A program made the position numbers and the translations under genes. Shown piece after piece: positions 9,301-16,645 of a DNA stretch of 64,000 nucleotides. The notes below the pieces were generated by a model. It had not been told where the DNA came from, searched no databases, and worked only from the letters and a program-made list of their open reading frames with translations. The first letter of the stretch is position 1. Each line of letters starts with the position of its first letter. The stretch comes from a bacterium (lineage in GTDB: Bacteria; UBA8248), in assembly GCA_965202625.1 (NCBI GenBank), contig CBDBBI010000010.1, positions 2,400,001-2,464,000 on the forward strand, read 5' to 3'.

Positions 9301-11083
9301 CGTCGGCAATCCGCCCTGGTCGGCGGGACAAAGGAGCGCGGCGGACGAGAACCAGAACGTGAATTATCCCGAACTGGAGCGGCGCGTGACCGAGACCTAC
9401 GCCGCCCGCTCCAGGGCGACGAACAAGAACAGCCTCTACGATTCCTACAAGATGGCGATGCGCTGGGCGTCCGACAGAATAGGGGAGGAGGGCGTGGTCG
9501 CCTTCGTCACCAACGGCTCGTGGATCGACGGCAACGCGGATTCCGGCGTGCGCGCCTGCCTGGCGGAGGAATTTGACAAAATATACGTTCTGAATCTGCG
9601 AGGCAACGCGAGAACTTCCGGCGAGCGAAGGCGCGCGGAAGGGGACAACGTGTTCGGCCAGGGCTCCCGTGCGCCCGTGGCGATCGCCATCCTCGTCCGC
9701 TCCGCAAGGGAGCGGAAAGGCATCTTCTATAAAGATATTGGGGATTACCTCAAGCGGGAGGAGAAGCTGGCGTTTCTGCGCGATGCGAAGTCAATCGCCG
9801 GAATCGACGACTGGCGGAAGATCACCCCCGACGCCCACCACGACTGGATAGGGCAGCGCAGCGCGGCGTTCCAGCGGCTCTATCCGGTGGGGTCGAAGGA
9901 GGCGAAGGCGGGCCGGGCGAACGATACGATTTTTAGTTTATATTCACAAGGTTTGGCGACCAACCGGGACGCCTATATCTACAACTTCTCCCGCACGGCT
10001 TGCGCGGAGAACGCCCGCAAGATGGTTGCGGATTACGCCGCCGCCTTGTGCGAACTGGAAGAAGCCGGAAGCCGGACTCTCGACCTGGACGCCATCACAC
10101 GCCGCCATTCCGCAAACCTTCGGTGGGACAGGGAACTCAGGAACAATCTGAGACGCGGGAAACACGCTGCGTTTGATGACGCCTATGTTTGGAAGGCCGC
10201 ATATCGCCCCTTTGTGAAGACGAACTGTTACGCTGATTACACTTTCGCACACTGCAAGTTCCAAGTAGACCGCATCTTTCCGTCCGCCGATAGTGAGAAC
10301 CGCGCCATTTGCATCTCCGGTATCGGCTCCGCCAAACCTTTTTCCGCCCTCTTGGTCGATACGATGCCGGATTTGAATTTTAACGCGGCGGGTGCCCAGT
10401 GCTTTCCGCGTTATCGGTATGAGAAGCCCGCAGGCCAGGACGTTCTGCCGAATATCGCCGGCGGCATGGAGCGGGTGGACAACGTGACGGACGCCGCCCT
10501 GCGCACCTTCCGCGTCCGCTATGGCGAGGATGGAATAACCAAGGACGACGTTTTTGATTACGTCTATGGCGTCCTCCACGCCCCCGACTACCGAGAGCGT
10601 TTCGCGAACGACCTGGCGAAGGAGCTGCCGCGCATCCCTCTGGCGTCTGGTTTTCACGCCTTCTCCGCCGCCGGGCGCGCCCTCGCCGCCCTGCATCTGG
10701 GCTATGAGACCTGTGCGGAGCATCCGCTGGAAGTCGCCTTTTCAGGCGTGGGGCAGCCGCGCGACGCGGATTTCCGCCTCGGGGCGCGCGCCATGCGCTT
10801 CGCCGACAAGGAGGAGAAGACGACCCTCATCGTGAACGAGCACGTCCGGCTGGAAGGCATCCCGAAGGCGGCACACGGCTACGTCGTGAACGGAAGGACG
10901 CCCCTGGAGTGGCTCATCGACCGCTACCGATTCGTGAAGGACAAGCACAGCGGCATCGTGAACGACCCCAACGGCTGGTTTGATAACCCGCGCGACTTGA
11001 TAGCCGCCGTCCGGCGCGCCGTCTTCCTGAGCGTCGAGACGGCCCGCATCGTGGATTCCCTCCCCCCCGCGCTTGATTCCTGA
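6353..11083 (+). CDS. Type ISP restriction-modification enzyme (Mrr-like nuclease + SF2 helicase + N6-adenine MTase + TRD)
   Basis: DMGIDLVA..AIQCKCY nuclease; MACGTGKT and DEAH; LSEGIDVPALD; GVVYTPPEVVDFI, DPFTGTG, NPPW; C-terminal YRPF and ELPRIP motifs; AAGGAG RBS before ATG 6353. Confidence 0.93.
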   Translation: MGCNFQTMLAQIRAISDSEAQKGRIFERVMKKFFGEDPLYGARFSRVWLWPEWAAAHEGFDGQDMGIDLVAEERAGGYCAIQCKCYAPETRISRAHIDSFISASSRPIFTARILVDTGHPWGPSAKKTIAGLHPKCDVRYLDDLLNQCFDWPDLVRGTPEDLRYRRETFRLRPHQRAAFQDVIAGFRTHDRGKLVMACGTGKTFTALRIAEECAGVGGRALYLVPSISLFAQSMREWATHKEIPHRYVGVCSDTRAGRTDEDASMEELEIPVTTAPRKISNALGATSGDAMTIVFCTYHSLRLVEDAQKAGAPPFDLIVCDEAHRTTGVERPEGKETSPFVLVHDAERIKAKKRLYMTATPRLYTESAKKKAARHDVEVFSMDDAAIYGPEFHRLPFSRAVEQDLLSDYRVVVFGVYEQQVDAALQAHIAEGENALDITDAAKVVGCWRALQNPENIKKKEATPPRPLRCAIAFTNTIRGSKRLEARWGDVVARARDLLPEEERENALRCETKHVDGQHNALERKLRLDWLKGDSTDCNGACRILSNARCLSEGIDVPALDAVLFMNPRNSHVDVVQAVGRAMRKAEGKEYGYIILPVAVPAGMDPARALDDNERFAAVWSVLRALRSHDDRFDARINQIDLNQKLPENLIIFTGDDDVEAETAELPFPPLELPPGAMFAKIVEKCGDRKYWQTWAKDVADIFARLVAGIQNLLKSPENETLREWFGDFHAELQVSINGSITGENAAHMMAQHVLTRPVFDALFEGYDFAGKNPVSQALDALRRDFGEFGFEDEIQDMAPFYESVRTRARGLDSPEARQRVLMELYENFFATAMKKDADRLGVVYTPPEVVDFILHSADHVLREEFGRSLSDAGAHVLDPFTGTGVFLVRLLQSALVRDADLSRKYHRELHANEIVLLAYYIAAVHVEEAYHGRARADAYAPFEGIALTDTFNLASDRALPGTWLPDNSKRVERQRKAPIRVIVGNPPWSAGQRSAADENQNVNYPELERRVTETYAARSRATNKNSLYDSYKMAMRWASDRIGEEGVVAFVTNGSWIDGNADSGVRACLAEEFDKIYVLNLRGNARTSGERRRAEGDNVFGQGSRAPVAIAILVRSARERKGIFYKDIGDYLKREEKLAFLRDAKSIAGIDDWRKITPDAHHDWIGQRSAAFQRLYPVGSKEAKAGRANDTIFSLYSQGLATNRDAYIYNFSRTACAENARKMVADYAAALCELEEAGSRTLDLDAITRRHSANLRWDRELRNNLRRGKHAAFDDAYVWKAAYRPFVKTNCYADYTFAHCKFQVDRIFPSADSENRAICISGIGSAKPFSALLVDTMPDLNFNAAGAQCFPRYRYEKPAGQDVLPNIAGGMERVDNVTDAALRTFRVRYGEDGITKDDVFDYVYGVLHAPDYRERFANDLAKELPRIPLASGFHAFSAAGRALAALHLGYETCAEHPLEVAFSGVGQPRDADFRLGARAMRFADKEEKTTLIVNEHVRLEGIPKAAHGYVVNGRTPLEWLIDRYRFVKDKHSGIVNDPNGWFDNPRDLIAAVRRAVFLSVETARIVDSLPPALDS

Positions 11084-11180
11084 CGCCCCTTGCTTCGTTC
11101 ATCCAGTTCTCGCCCCCTTGACGCCGATGCCGCCCGTTTTGCGACCCATCGGGATTCGACGTCCCGCCCCGCGCTTCTCG
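11018..11180 (+). repeat. direct repeat R1, copy a (includes the last ~66 nt of the RM gene)
   Basis: GCCGTCTTCCTGAGCG...ATCGTGGATTCCCTCCCCCC...TTGACGCCGATGCCGCCCGTTTTGCG...GTCCCGCCCCGCGCTTCTCG recurs, diverged, at 12350-12512. Confidence 0.9.
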
Positions 11181-11238
11181 CCTGGCGGCCGTGGCCAGTG
11201 CGGGCCACCATTTCGGATACCGGATGACGGAGGGGGAG

Positions 11239-11463
11239 ATGGAGAATTTCGGCGCCAGCCAGAACAAGCGCGCCGCGCACGTATTCGGAGCGCCGGGGGA
11301 TGGTCCCTCTTTTCCGGCGACCACGGTCGAGAGAGAGGAGGCGCTCTTCCGCCGCTGGGTGCTCAAATACTTCGACCATTGGGCGCCAGAATCCTTCCGT
11401 TGGCTGGCGGAGAAGCTGGGAGGGCGGGCGGAAATCCACCCGGGCGGCCAAGAAAGTCCCTGA
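11239..11463 (+). CDS. short hypothetical protein, possibly the C-terminal fragment of a larger gene
   Basis: GGAGGGGG RBS; stop overlaps the next start (TGATG); no recognisable family. Confidence 0.35.
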   Translation: MENFGASQNKRAAHVFGAPGDGPSFPATTVEREEALFRRWVLKYFDHWAPESFRWLAEKLGGRAEIHPGGQESP

Positions 11464-12362
11464 TGCGCTTGCCCAGGTTATCGCGAACAACTCTTCTTCG
11501 AGCGATTCTTCCGAAGAACGACTGGGGCGACGCCCTGTACGCTACGCTCTACTACCTGATCCGGCTCGGACGCTGGCCCCGCGGACGCAACCCGAGGCGC
11601 TTCAACGACTACCTCTACAGGCTGAAGGTGGACGGTTCGCTGCAGGATCCACTCTGCGTTTTCACGACGGACAAGGAATACGCGAAATACTTTATCGCCT
11701 CGGTGGTCGGGTGGGAACACACCATCGAGACCTACCGTGTCCTGCGGACGAAAGCGGAAGTCGACGGGCTGGCGCTGGATCGCTTTCCTTGCGTGGTGAA
11801 GCCCACGCACATGAGCGGACCAGCCCAGGTGCACCCTGATGCGGACAGCCCCCTGCACCGAGACCTGCTGAGGGAATGGTTCGCCGCCGACTTCTACCAC
11901 GAGACCAGAGAGCAGAACTATCGTCCGCTCGCTTCGAAGGTCATCATTGAGGAATTCGTCTCCGAAGACGGGCGAACGATACCGGAAGACTATAAGGTCT
12001 TCTGCTTCGGAGGGGCTCCGAAAATCGTCCAGGTGGACCAGGACCGCTTCTCCGGCCACACCCTATCCCTCTTCTACGACACTTCGTGGAACAGGCTGCC
12101 CATCAAGCTCCGCTACCCCGAAATCTCGTCCACCTGCCCCCGACCGGCGATGCTGGAAAAGATGCTTCATATCGCGGAGCGGCTCGCCCGACAGTTCGCG
12201 TTCGTTCGCGTGGACATGTATGCCGTGAACGGCCGGGTGAAGGTGGGCGAGTTGACGCACTGCCCCGTATCCGCCGCCGGATCCGCCGGAGAAAAGATAC
12301 GCCTCTCTTCCGGAGAAATCACGCTGGGCGGGTTTTTTGAACTCGACGTGCCGTCTTCCTGA
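11463..12362 (+). CDS. TupA-like ATP-grasp amidoligase (polysaccharide/teichuronopeptide-type)
   Basis: TDKEYAKYFI, VVKPTHMSG, REQNYR, IIEEF, DYKVFCFGG, FAFVRVDMY, GELTHCP. Confidence 0.85.
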   Translation: MRLPRLSRTTLLRAILPKNDWGDALYATLYYLIRLGRWPRGRNPRRFNDYLYRLKVDGSLQDPLCVFTTDKEYAKYFIASVVGWEHTIETYRVLRTKAEVDGLALDRFPCVVKPTHMSGPAQVHPDADSPLHRDLLREWFAADFYHETREQNYRPLASKVIIEEFVSEDGRTIPEDYKVFCFGGAPKIVQVDQDRFSGHTLSLFYDTSWNRLPIKLRYPEISSTCPRPAMLEKMLHIAERLARQFAFVRVDMYAVNGRVKVGELTHCPVSAAGSAGEKIRLSSGEITLGGFFELDVPSS

Positions 12363-12512
12363 GCGCCGATGCCGCCCGCATCGTGGATTCCCTCCCCCCG
12401 CGCTTGATTCCTAGCGGGCGTCCGCTTCGTTCATCCATCTCTCGCCCCCTTGACGCCGATGCCGCCCGTTTTGCGCCCCATCGGGACTCGACGTCCCGCC
12501 CCGCGCTTCTCG
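12350..12512 (+). repeat. direct repeat R1, copy b
   Basis: Diverged copy of 11018-11180; supplies the stop codon of the TupA-like ORF. Confidence 0.9.
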
Positions 12513-12694
12513 TCTCACCAAACCCACTCGCCTGCGCCTCGGATGGGCGCGGAGCGTCCCCGCTTGCGATTCGACAAAAATCATGGCGAACGTCCCGAAA
12601 AATGCCGTTTGAGGGTGCCTGAACGGCTCGTAAAACGGCGTTGCAAAAGTCGTTCAAAAGGTCGTCGAGCGTGATGGCGGCGCGGGCGTCCTCA
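12508..12694 (+). repeat. direct repeat R2, copy a
   Basis: TCTCGTCTCACCAAACCC..CTCGCCTGCGCCTC...GACAAAAATCAT...TGAACGGCTC...CGTTGCAAAAGTCGTTCAAAAGG...GGCGGCGCGGGCGTC recurs at 17928-18172. Confidence 0.88.
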
Positions 12695-12731
12695 GTTCGC
12701 GGCTCTCGCTCAGCCGCTTCCACGTCGGCAT
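12654..12731 (-). pseudogene. stub of a fifth pentapeptide-array unit (MPTWKRL...)
   Basis: Same TAAACCATG junction as the other units; start ATGCCGACGTGGAAG identical to unit 3; homology ends after ~7 codons. Confidence 0.65.
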
Positions 12732-12734
12732 GGT

Positions 12735-13991
12735 TTAGCGTCCGCCTTTGTCGTCCGTCTCCGGCGTTGGGCTTTCCGAGATGGCTTCTTCATACTCTTT
12801 AATCCACGCTTCGGCTTGTTCGGGGGTGTAGGCTCCGGTTTCGGCGCCGCTATCCTTCGGCAACCCATAGATTGGCGGCTTGTCGATATGCGGCTCCAGC
12901 CGCTCTCTCAATTCCTGTGCTTTTTCAGCGGACAAGCCTTCGAGGATGGAAACCATATCTTTCATCATCAGTCCGCCCTCGAAAATGACGCCGGAGAGAT
13001 CGCTCTCCCGGCCGACTAACGACCTCATGCGTCTCGCAAACCCATCGGGAATACATATTGTTTCACTGGCCGCCCCCTGCAACTGCGCCCACATGAGACT
13101 CGCCCCTTGCAACTGCGCACCCCCGAGAACCGCTCCTTGCAACTGCGCCTGATTGAGAGCCGCCCCTTGCAACTGCGCGCGCACGAGATCCGCCCTTTGC
13201 AACTGCGCACGCCAGAGACTCGCCCCTTGCAACTGCGCCTGATTGAGACTCGCCCCTTGCAAGTGCGCAACCCCGAGAACCGCCCCTTGCAACCGCGCCT
13301 CCTTGAGATACGCCCCCTGCAAACGCGCGCCCAAGAGATTCGCCCCTCCCAGGCGCGCTTTTAGAAGGTAGGCTCCGTTCAGCCAGCTGCCTGCAAGGTT
13401 GATGTGGAGACCCTGAAAGACGTCATGCTCCTGCACGAAAAGCAGGGTCAGCAGGGTTTGGATTTCCTCGGAAGGCTCCGCCAAGTAAGCCTTTGGATAC
13501 TTGGACTCTCTCGTCGTCCGGCGGACGTGCGCGCAGAGAACGTCGAGCACCGTCCCCCGCAATTCCTGGTTGTCTTCCGCCAGATGGAAGAGCTCGTAGG
13601 CCCCGCCCAGACGAACGGAATCCGATTTGTGGCCCATGTGTTCAATGGCGTTTTTCAGACGCTCCTGCCGCAGCCCCTTCTCGGCGTTCTCGTTGGTCTT
13701 GGCCTGTTCTTCCGTAGCATTGACCTGCGCACGCGCCGTCTCCTCCATCGCCTTGGCGCGCCGGTGGGCTGTCACAGCCTGTATGGCGAGCAGGACGCCG
13801 CCCATGGCGATGCCCAGAGATTTTAGAATCTGATATTTGTTTTCTATTCCGAAGAGGTAAAAAGCCCATTTCGGATCTTCGGAGAAGGCGATGACCGAAA
13901 AAAACACCAACAAACCCACAAGCAGGGATACCAACAAAAAAACGGGCGGGGAGTCTTTCCACCGGGCTTTCAGCCAGTGCAGTGTCGGCAT
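12735..13991 (-). CDS. membrane-anchored pentapeptide-repeat protein, array unit 4 (intact, 10 decapeptide repeats)
   Basis: N-terminal hydrophobic helices; QERLKNAIEHMG..SVRLGGAYELFHLA domain; (AxLxxAQLQG)n; conserved C-terminal domain. Confidence 0.88.
   Translation of the reverse strand: MPTLHWLKARWKDSPPVFLLVSLLVGLLVFFSVIAFSEDPKWAFYLFGIENKYQILKSLGIAMGGVLLAIQAVTAHRRAKAMEETARAQVNATEEQAKTNENAEKGLRQERLKNAIEHMGHKSDSVRLGGAYELFHLAEDNQELRGTVLDVLCAHVRRTTRESKYPKAYLAEPSEEIQTLLTLLFVQEHDVFQGLHINLAGSWLNGAYLLKARLGGANLLGARLQGAYLKEARLQGAVLGVAHLQGASLNQAQLQGASLWRAQLQRADLVRAQLQGAALNQAQLQGAVLGGAQLQGASLMWAQLQGAASETICIPDGFARRMRSLVGRESDLSGVIFEGGLMMKDMVSILEGLSAEKAQELRERLEPHIDKPPIYGLPKDSGAETGAYTPEQAEAWIKEYEEAISESPTPETDDKGGR
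13070..13372. repeat. 30-bp coding tandem repeat (conserved CGCCCCTTGCAACTGCGC plus ~12 variable nt); equivalent tracts at ~14330-14600, ~15780-16055, ~16985-17195
   Basis: 30-nt periodicity is directly visible and encodes the pentapeptide repeats on the - strand. Confidence 0.9.
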
Positions 13992-13994
13992 GGT

Positions 13995-15445
13995 TTAGCC
14001 TCCGCCTTTATCGCCTGTCTCCGGCGTTGGGCTTTCCGAGATGGCTTTTTCGTATTCGGCAATCCACGTTTCGGCTTCTTGGCGGGTGTAGGCTCCGGTT
14101 TGTGCGCCGCTCCTCTCCGGCAATCCATAGACTAGCGGCTGGCCGATATGCGGCTCCAGTTCCTTTTTCAACACTTGTGCTTTTTCATTGGACAAGCGTT
14201 CAAGGATGGAATCCACGTCTTCCCTCGTCAATCCGCCACTGAAAATGACGCCGGAGAGTGCGCTCTCACTGCCGACTAACGACCTCATGCGTCTCGCAAA
14301 CCCATCGGGAATATATATTGTTTCACTGGCCGCCCCCTGCAACTGCGCCCACATGAGACTCGCCCCTTGCAACTGCGCACCCCCGAGAACCGCCCCTTGC
14401 AACTGCGTCCTTCTGAGAGACGCCCCATGCAACTGCGCATCCCAAAGATTCGCCCCATGCAACTGCGCATCCCAAAGATTCGCCTCTTGCAACTATCCAT
14501 GAGTATCGCCCCTTGCAACTGCGCGTCCACGAGAACCGCCCCTTGCAACTGCGTATTCCAAAGACTCGCTCCTTGCAGCCGCGCATTTGAAAGGTGGGCG
14601 CCGTTCAGCCAGCTGCCCGCCAGGTGGATGCGGAGACCCGCAAAGACGTCATGCTCCTGCGTGAAAAGCAGGGTCAGCAGGCTTTGGATTTCCTCGGAAG
14701 GCTTCTTCGAGCATTCCTTTTGATACTCGGAACCGCTCGTCGTCCGGCGGACGTGCGCGCAGAGAACGTCGAAAACCGTCCGCCGCAATTCCTGGTTGTC
14801 TTCCGCCAGATGGAAGAGCTCGTAGGCCCCGCCCAGGCGAACGGAACCCGAGTCATCGCCCATGTGTTCAATGGCGTTTTTCAGACGCTCCTGCCGCAGC
14901 CCCTTCTCGGCGTTCTCGTTGGTCTTGGCCTGTTCTTCCGCCGTCCTCTCCATCGCCTTGGCGCGCCTGTGGGCTGTCACAGCCTGTATGGCGAGCAGGA
15001 CGCCGCCCATGGCGATGCCCAGAGATTTTAGAATCTGATATTTGTTTTCTATTCCGAAGAGGTAAAAAGCCCCTTTCAGGTCTTTCTGGAGATTCGGGGC
15101 TTCAAAGAACGAGATGAACAAAAAAGACGCCGCTAAAACCACAAGTAGAGACACCAACAAAAAAACGGGCGGGGAGTCTTTCCACCAAGAAAATATACGG
15201 GTTTTCACAAACGGGATGGCGAGTAAGCCTATGATGATGGTGCCCAAGGCGATGCCCAGAAATTGCAGAATCTGAAATTTGTCACCTATACTGAAGATGT
15301 AATAAGCCCATTTCGGGGTTTCGAAGAACAAGATGACCAAAAAAGACGCCGCTAAAACCACAAGCAGGCACACCAACAGAAAAACGAGCGGGGAGTCTTT
15401 CCGCCAAGACCAGATACGGGTTTTCAACCACTTCCACGTCGGCAT
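13995..15445 (-). pseudogene. pentapeptide-repeat array unit 3, frameshifted, with duplicated N-terminal TM segment
   Basis: ORFs 14285-15445 and 13995-14492 join if 4 nt are restored near 14495 (GAT AG TTG vs consensus GAT GCG CAG TTG); the KDSP.VFLLV.LLVVLAASFL segment is present twice. Confidence 0.82.
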
Positions 15446-15487
15446 GGTTTAGCCTCCGCCTTTATCGTCCGCCTCCGGCGTTGGATC

Positions 15488-16642
15488 TCACGAGATGGCT
15501 TCTTCATACTCCTTAATCCACGCTTCGGCTTCTTCGGAAGTGTAGGCTCCGGTTTGGGCGCCGCTCCCCTCCGGCAACTCATGGCTTGTCTGCTGGCACC
15601 TATGCGGCTCCAGCCGCTCTCGCAATTCCTCTGCTTTTTCATCGGACAAGCCTTCAAGGATGGAATCCATATCTTTCATCATCAGTCCGCCACTGAAAAT
15701 AACGCGGCAGATATCGCTCTTCCGGCCGATTAAAATTTCCATGCGTTCCGCAAACCCATCGGGCCAGCTTCCTGCACTGACCGCCCCATGCAACCGAGCG
15801 TCCCCAAGATCCGCCCCTTGCAACTGCGCATTCTCGAGATTCGCCCCATGCAACCACGCACCCCAGAGCACCGCCCCTTGCAACCGCGCGCCCTGAAGAT
15901 CCGCCCCTTGCAAATGCGCATACCAGAGATTCACCCCTTGCAACTGCGCCTTCCAGAGATTCACCCCTTGCAACCGTGTCCCTATGAGATGCGCCCCTTG
16001 CAGTTGCGTGCCCTGAAGATTCGCCTTTTGCAGGCGCGCATTTTGAAGGTTCGCGCCGTTCAGCCAGCTGCCCGCCAGGTGGATGCGGAGACCCGCAAAG
16101 ACGTCATGCTCTTGCACGAAAAGCAGGGTCAGCAGGCTTTGGATTTCCTCGGAAGGCTTCGTAGGGCACTCGTTTTGATACGCAGCCCCTCTCGTCGTCC
16201 TGCGGACGTGCGCGCAGAGAACGTCGAGCACCGTCCCCCGCAATTCCTCGTTGTCTTCCGCCAGATGGAAGAGTTCGTAGACCCCGCCCAGACGAACGGA
16301 ATCCGAGGCGTTGCCCATGTATTCCATGGCGTTTTTCAGACGTTCCTGCCGCAGCCCCTTCTCGGTGTTCTTCGCCGTCTCCTCCATCGCCTTGACGCGC
16401 TTCTGGGCTGCCACAGCCTGTATGGCGAGCAGGACGCCGCCCATGGCGACGCCCAGAAATTTCAGAATCTGAAATTTGTCACCTATCCCGAAGAGACAAA
16501 AAACCCATTCCGGATCTTCGGAGAAGGCGATGACCAAAAAAACCAGCAACAAACCCACAAGCAGGGATAGCAACAAAAAAACGAGCGGAGAGTCTTTCCA
16601 CCAAGAACAGATACGGGTTTTCAGCCAGTGCAGTGTCCGCAT
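15488..16642 (-). CDS. pentapeptide-repeat array unit 2 (9 decapeptide repeats; TGA 13 codons before the conserved end)
   Basis: Paralogue of unit 4; after the TGA the frame continues DPTPEADDKGGG-TAA (15449) like the other units. Confidence 0.85.
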   Translation of the reverse strand: MRTLHWLKTRICSWWKDSPLVFLLLSLLVGLLLVFLVIAFSEDPEWVFCLFGIGDKFQILKFLGVAMGGVLLAIQAVAAQKRVKAMEETAKNTEKGLRQERLKNAMEYMGNASDSVRLGGVYELFHLAEDNEELRGTVLDVLCAHVRRTTRGAAYQNECPTKPSEEIQSLLTLLFVQEHDVFAGLRIHLAGSWLNGANLQNARLQKANLQGTQLQGAHLIGTRLQGVNLWKAQLQGVNLWYAHLQGADLQGARLQGAVLWGAWLHGANLENAQLQGADLGDARLHGAVSAGSWPDGFAERMEILIGRKSDICRVIFSGGLMMKDMDSILEGLSDEKAEELRERLEPHRCQQTSHELPEGSGAQTGAYTSEEAEAWIKEYEEAIS

Positions 16643-16645
16643 GGT

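Noticed and set aside
15449-15490. In-frame TGA in array unit 2 as selenocysteine (selA is nearby)
   Set aside because: Aligns with Glu/Lys rather than Cys in the paralogues, lies in a low-complexity tail, and only a weak, too-close hairpin follows
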